The translations under genes and the position numbers were made by a program. The notes below the pieces were generated by a model. That model made no database searches. It saw only the letters and a list, made by a program, of their open reading frames with translations, and had not been told where the DNA came from. A stretch of DNA of 20,726 nucleotides from an uncultured Pseudomonadota bacterium (GTDB taxonomy: Bacteria; BMS3Abin14): assembly GCA_964454175.1 (NCBI GenBank), contig CAYVSA010000018.1, positions 12,330-33,055 on the forward strand. The letters run 5' to 3'. Positions 16,600 to 20,726 of this stretch are shown here, piece by piece (within the stretch, counting starts at the first letter, position 1; every line of letters begins with the position of its first letter).

Positions 16600-18660
16600 T
16601 CAAAGCGCCCTGCCGGAAAGAGTGCTCATTTCCCTGACCACAGGAACACTGGCCAACCTTCCAGGGGGTTTTAAGCCGCTGTTAAGAGCCTTGACCCTCG
16701 GTTGGAGCCGTACCTGGACACTGTCGCCAACAGGGCCCCCTACCGGCGGTTTCTGACTCACAACAACTCCAGACCCGCTGACATCGACGGATGTTTCGAA
16801 ACCGGACAGGCTGGCCAGGGCTTCGCGTAAAGTCATTCCCGTGAGGTCTGGCATGACAGTTCTTTCCGGCGGCATTTTCGCCTCTCCTGTGATTTTAGCG
16901 ATCACCGTTTCAGGTTTGCTTTCAAGTCCAGGGTCTTTCCTGTCTCCTGGAAGGCCTGGCTCAACTCCAAGATATTTCAGTGATTTTGAAACTACTTCCG
17001 CCCATACCGGAGCTGCAACGACCCCTCCGTAGATGTTCTCCTTGGGCCTGTCCAGGACTACAATAGCTGTGATAACTGGATTATCGGCAGGTGCGAAACC
17101 GGCAAATGAAGCTACAAAATCGGACCTTGAATAAGCTCCCTCCTCCCTGGAGAATTTCTGAGCGGTCCCGGTTTTTCCTGCAACCAGGTAGCCTGGAATG
17201 GCCGCTCTCACTCCAGACCCTCCACTTGATGTAACTGAGACCAGCATGCTGGTCATTTTTCTGGCAATATCCTCCCTGAGGACCCGTCGAAGTACTGTGG
17301 GGTGATTTTCAAGGATGGTGGCCCCCGATGCGGAGGAAAGTCTGCTTATAATGTATGGTTTGAGTAAAATACCGCCGGAGGCAACTGCGTTAAAGGCGTT
17401 GACCATCTGCAGTGGTGTAACACCCAGCCCCTGTCCGAAGGAGATGTTTGCAATGTCCACCAGGGTCCACCCGGATGCGGCCCTCACCGAGCCGCTTCTC
17501 ACTCCTGGAAGCAGAAGGCTGTTCCTGGTGCCAAACCCGAAATCCCGGACATATTTTTCCAGTCTGGAACTTCCCATAGCCAGTCCGACCCTGCTCGCGC
17601 CTATATTGCTCGATTTACGCAGGATACCCCTCAGGGTCAGCCATCCGTGAGGCACGCTGTCGTTAATGACCGCATCTGCCACCCTGAATTTCCCGTTCTG
17701 GCAGAAAATGATCTCCTTGTCGTCGTAGACACCTTCCTGGAGAGCTCCCGATATTGTAACGATCTTGAAGGTTGATCCAGGTTCGTACTCGAAATTTACT
17801 GGCCGGTTTCTATACTCAAATGAACTGTAGTTCTGAAAATTGTTAGGGTTGAAACCGGGATAGCTTGCCATGGCCAGAATCCGGCCGGTTGCGGTTTCCA
17901 TGATAATGAGTGCGCCGCCTGCGGCGCCCGCCTTCCTTGCACCAGTCTCGAGGCTCTGCTCTGCAAAATGCTGGAGCGTGCGATCGATCGTCAGCTGTAC
18001 GGTGGACCCGGCCGAGGGCTCCATAGCCCACTGATCGCCGGGGACGATCGATGTCCCCAGGGCGTCCTTAACAAGCATCCTCTCGCCTTCACCACCCCGA
18101 AGGTGTTCCTCCAATGAGTATTCCAGGCCCTCCAGTCCCCTGTCCACTCCGACAAATCCCAGGACGGGAGCTGCCAGACCCTTGTTGGGATAATAGCGGC
18201 GCGGCTCGCTCTGTATCCCGACACCCTTCAGGTCCAGCTCTGCCACCTTCTCTGCCTCTTCCGGGGCTATCCTTCTTTTGAGCCAGACAAAACCGCTGCC
18301 GACCCCGAGGCGGTCGGCCAGGGTTCTCCTGTCCAGCTTGAGGACTTTTGAAAGAACCTTTGCTGTCAGCACCCTGTCCTCTACCTGCTCTCTTATGGCA
18401 AAAACTGACGGGACCGGAACGCTCACCGCAAGTGAGTGGCCGTTGCGGTCCAGGATGGCTCCCCGTTTCGAGGGAACCCTTACCACCAGATTGCTCTGCC
18501 GGGCCGCTCTTGCGCTGAGAGCGTCCCGCGACAGGACCTGCAGGTGAAATGCCCTGGCGGCCGGGATCACCAGAAGCACGGGAAGGATGAAGGACAGAAA
18601 ACGTATACGACGCCGCACCGTTCTGCCCACAATGTTTCCATTTTCAACCTTCCTGCTCAT
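16600..18660 (-). CDS. ftsI: Class B penicillin-binding protein FtsI/PBP3 with one C-terminal PASTA domain
   Basis: N-terminal TM, RGAILDRNG, RYYP, GLEGLE, SxxK (GSTFK), SxN (SSN) and KTG (KTGT). PASTA-like VMPDLTGMTLREA..GSGVVVSQKP at about 16699-16857. Confidence 0.97.
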   Translation of the reverse strand: MSRKVENGNIVGRTVRRRIRFLSFILPVLLVIPAARAFHLQVLSRDALSARAARQSNLVVRVPSKRGAILDRNGHSLAVSVPVPSVFAIREQVEDRVLTAKVLSKVLKLDRRTLADRLGVGSGFVWLKRRIAPEEAEKVAELDLKGVGIQSEPRRYYPNKGLAAPVLGFVGVDRGLEGLEYSLEEHLRGGEGERMLVKDALGTSIVPGDQWAMEPSAGSTVQLTIDRTLQHFAEQSLETGARKAGAAGGALIIMETATGRILAMASYPGFNPNNFQNYSSFEYRNRPVNFEYEPGSTFKIVTISGALQEGVYDDKEIIFCQNGKFRVADAVINDSVPHGWLTLRGILRKSSNIGASRVGLAMGSSRLEKYVRDFGFGTRNSLLLPGVRSGSVRAASGWTLVDIANISFGQGLGVTPLQMVNAFNAVASGGILLKPYIISRLSSASGATILENHPTVLRRVLREDIARKMTSMLVSVTSSGGSGVRAAIPGYLVAGKTGTAQKFSREEGAYSRSDFVASFAGFAPADNPVITAIVVLDRPKENIYGGVVAAPVWAEVVSKSLKYLGVEPGLPGDRKDPGLESKPETVIAKITGEAKMPPERTVMPDLTGMTLREALASLSGFETSVDVSGSGVVVSQKPPVGGPVGDSVQVRLQPRVKALNSGLKPPGRLASVPVVREMSTLSGRAL

Positions 18661-18977
18661 TGCACTATCCGTATCTGCCCGTTTTCCGGATCTGTCATGC
18701 CCAGCCTGGACTTTGCGATCTTCTCGATCCTGACAGGGTCGCTCAGCATCTCCCTTTCGATCTCCATGGCACGCTTACGGTCCAGGAGCCCACTTTCCAT
18801 CTTTTCCAGGGTCCTTATCTCGTATCCTGCCTTAACGAAAGCCACCCTTCTCCAGACAGTTAGTAAAATTGCGCAGCCGATCATCAATACTACTATCGAG
18901 GCCAGGAGAAGCTCTCTGAACCCCAACGAAGCGGCCGTCTGGCGGCCTGTGCTCCTGGCATCGGCTACTGCTCCCAA
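18657..18977 (-). CDS. ftsL: Cell division protein FtsL
   Basis: Short protein with one TM, a coiled coil and RIEKIAKSRLGM, located between rsmH and ftsI. TTG start 5 nt after GGAGG. Confidence 0.9.
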   Translation of the reverse strand: MGAVADARSTGRQTAASLGFRELLLASIVVLMIGCAILLTVWRRVAFVKAGYEIRTLEKMESGLLDRKRAMEIEREMLSDPVRIEKIAKSRLGMTDPENGQIRIVQ

Positions 18978-19924
18978 TTCGACCTCCTCTCGAAGACCCT
19001 CAATTTTGCGCTTCTGCTGCGGGGGTTGGCCTTTTTCTCATCATCGCCGGGAGATATCGGTCTTTTGGTGATCACGATCCCCTGAGACTTTTTTTCGCAC
19101 ACGCAGATCGGGAATGCGGGCGGGCAGGTACAGGGACTTTCAAGTCTGCGAAATACGTTTTTCACGATCCGGTCCTCCAGAGAGTGAAAGGAGATCACTG
19201 CCATCCTACCGCCATCCTTCAGGCTTGCAGCTGCCGGCTCCAGCGTACTGTCCAGGGCATCAAGTTCCCCGTTCACCTCTATCCTGATGGCCTGAAAAGT
19301 TCTGGTCGCCGGATGGATCGACCCCGGCTTTTTCATTCCCAGTACGTCTGTTACGATCCCTTTCAGCCTGCCGGTTGTTCGAATACTCTCTTCGTCCCTG
19401 GCCTTGACGATCGCCGAGGCAATTTTTCCGGCCCGCTTTTCCTCTCCGTAGGAGACGAGAATCCTTTTCAAGTCTCCGGCAGAGTATTCGTTCACGACGT
19501 CCAGCGCCGTGATCGAACCATCCTGATCCATCCTCATATCCAGCGGCCCGTCCTCCATGAAGGAAAAGCCTCTTGCGGGATCGTCCAGCTGCATGCTGGA
19601 GACACCGAGGTCAAGCAGGAACCCGTCCAGCGGACCAAAATGGGCTTCTTCAAGAAAACCTTCGAACTCAGCATAGCTGCCCCTGTATAGTTTCAGCCGG
19701 TCCCCGAACCTGGACAGATTGCTCTGTGCGAGCCCCAACGCCACAGCATCCCTGTCGATTCCCAGCACACGGGTATCATCCCAGCGGCTCAGGATCTGTG
19801 CGGTGTGCCCACCTTCTCCCACCGTACCGTCGAGATACATCCCGCCCTTCCGAACACTCAAACCCTCCAGAACATCTTCAAGAAGGACAGGAGTATGATG
19901 CAAACTCCCCTCGCGTACGGTCAT
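18965..19924 (-). CDS. rsmH: 16S rRNA m4C1402 methyltransferase RsmH (MraW)
   Basis: HTPVLL, DGTVGEGGH, DLGVSSMQLD..RGFSF, DMRMD, HPATRTFQAIRIEVN, ISFHSLEDRIVK and NPRSRSAKLR. Confidence 0.99.
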   Translation of the reverse strand: MTVREGSLHHTPVLLEDVLEGLSVRKGGMYLDGTVGEGGHTAQILSRWDDTRVLGIDRDAVALGLAQSNLSRFGDRLKLYRGSYAEFEGFLEEAHFGPLDGFLLDLGVSSMQLDDPARGFSFMEDGPLDMRMDQDGSITALDVVNEYSAGDLKRILVSYGEEKRAGKIASAIVKARDEESIRTTGRLKGIVTDVLGMKKPGSIHPATRTFQAIRIEVNGELDALDSTLEPAAASLKDGGRMAVISFHSLEDRIVKNVFRRLESPCTCPPAFPICVCEKKSQGIVITKRPISPGDDEKKANPRSRSAKLRVFERRSNWEQ

Positions 19925-19961
19925 TCTTTAATGTCTCTGCATCCTGGTCCTGTCTCGGGAG

Positions 19962-20414
19962 CTACAGCCCGAAGTCAGACAGTTCCTCGGAGATCTGGTC
20001 GAAGTTATCCACGGCGCGTTGAATTTCCTCATCCCAACGCTCCTGGCTCCATATTTCTATCTTGTTGAGCATCCCTGCCAGAACGACCTGCCTGTCCAGG
20101 GCAGCAGCGCTTCTCAAGGTGGGAGGTATGAGGATTCTTCCCTGGCGGTCGAGATCACACTCAGTAGCGCCCGAGTAGAAATAGCGTAGAAAAGCCTGTA
20201 CGTTGGATTTCAGTGCGGAGAGATTGCTTGCCTTCGCTTCTATTGATTCCCACTGTTCGGGAGTGTATATTACGAGACAGCGCGGCAGATTGGTGAGAAC
20301 GATGCGGCCCCCGTGGTTATCAACGATGTTTTCCCGGAACTTGACCGGGACGCTGAGGCGGCCTTTCTCATCGATGGAATGTTCAAATCTGCCTCTGAAT
20401 AAAATTTTGCTCAT
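19962..20414 (-). CDS. mraZ: Division/cell wall cluster transcriptional repressor MraZ
   Basis: FRGRFEHSIDEKGRL and LDRQGRILIP (two DxxxR SpoVT/AbrB repeats) plus IEIW. First gene of the cluster. Confidence 0.99.
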   Translation of the reverse strand: MSKILFRGRFEHSIDEKGRLSVPVKFRENIVDNHGGRIVLTNLPRCLVIYTPEQWESIEAKASNLSALKSNVQAFLRYFYSGATECDLDRQGRILIPPTLRSAAALDRQVVLAGMLNKIEIWSQERWDEEIQRAVDNFDQISEELSDFGL

Positions 20415-20416
20415 AA

Positions 20417-20451
20417 CTCACAGTTCCCCACTATTTCCCACATTGACCCAC
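20417..20451 (-). promoter_or_regulatory. MraZ operator: four GTG(G/A)G boxes at 10-bp period
   Basis: Minus strand GTGGG-tcaat-GTGGG-aaata-GTGGG-gaact-GTGAG-tt-ATG, with boxes at 20447-51, 20437-41, 20427-31 and 20417-21. Matches the established MraZ direct-repeat operator. Confidence 0.88.
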
Positions 20452-20481
20452 AATATACTCGTGGCAGCGTAGCAGTGTCAA
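20452..20481 (-). promoter_or_regulatory. Sigma70-type promoter of the dcw operon (Pmra)
   Basis: TTGACA (20476-81), an 18-nt spacer and TATATT (20452-57), with an A/T-rich tract just upstream of the -35. It directly abuts the MraZ boxes. Confidence 0.78.
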
Positions 20482-20532
20482 GAAAAAGTATTGTATTTTC
20501 TGCGGGTTATCTGCGACTGGAAGAGCTCTTCC

Positions 20533-20576
20533 CACACCATGTTGTGTAAATATTTACCCAAATACTATATGTGGAT
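20533..20576. promoter_or_regulatory. Tandem NrdR-box-like sites
   Basis: CACACCATGTTGTG (20533-46) and TACTATATGTGGAT (20563-76) resemble the NrdR consensus core CACwAtATaTwGTG and are 30 bp apart start to start. Confidence 0.45.
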
Positions 20577-20590
20577 ATTGGAAATAGAAA

Positions 20591-20674
20591 TTGGTGATTA
20601 GTGATTGGTCGTTGGTCATTGGTCGTTGGGCATTGGTCGTTGGGCATTGGGCGTTGGGTGTTGGGCATTGGTTA
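20591..20674. repeat. Heptamer tandem repeat, 12 copies, consensus TTGG(T/G)C(A/G)
   Basis: Direct reading: ttggtga ttagtga ttggtcg ttggtca ttggtcg ttgggca ttggtcg ttgggca ttgggcg ttgggtg ttgggca ttggtta. Confidence 0.95.
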
Positions 20675-20690
20675 TAGGCTGAACGACGGT

Positions 20691-20723
20691 CGGCCCGGTA
20701 CCGAATTGCTCGGTCCTGGGCCG
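20691..20723. other. GC-rich inverted repeat / hairpin at the window edge
   Basis: CGGCCCGGTACCGA-attgc-TCGGTCCTGGGCCG, a 14-bp stem with one mismatch and one G-T pair. Confidence 0.6.
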
Positions 20724-20726
20724 GGA

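Noticed and set aside
2575..20414. Frameshifts, inteins, fusions or inserted foreign genes in the dcw cluster
   Set aside because: All proteins are of normal length with intact catalytic motifs, and the junctions are tight.
508..20472. The many other 60-240 aa plus-strand and alternate-frame ORFs in the track
   Set aside because: All overlap well-supported dcw genes, have Ser/Pro/Arg-rich shadow composition and show no family motifs.
20591..20674. Possible CRISPR array
   Set aside because: The 7-bp units are contiguous with no unique spacers, and no cas genes are present.

Overview
The window holds a complete, uninterrupted bacterial division and cell wall (dcw) cluster, all on the minus strand and read right to left: mraZ-rsmH-ftsL-ftsI-murE-murF-mraY-murD-ftsW-murG-murC-murB-ddl-ftsQ-ftsA-ftsZ. 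It is followed by an uncharacterised B12-binding-type radical SAM gene (4 nt after the ftsZ stop) and a YhdE-type Maf gene. Gene order, the PASTA-bearing FtsI and the meso-DAP MurE suggest a deltaproteobacteria-like diderm; this is inference only. The region is mostly ordinary housekeeping DNA, with no mobile element, CRISPR array, rRNA or tRNA seen, and I cannot support a wholly new system here. The points worth a second look lie in the non-coding ends and in protein details. The ends carry a sigma70 promoter with four 10-bp-phased MraZ boxes, a tandem pair of NrdR-box-like sites upstream of it, a 12-copy heptamer repeat containing a G-quadruplex motif, and hairpin clusters around maf. The protein details are the ftsZ-adjacent radical SAM gene, a duplicated FtsZ C-terminal peptide, a Cys-type MurB and frequent non-ATG starts at overlapping junctions.
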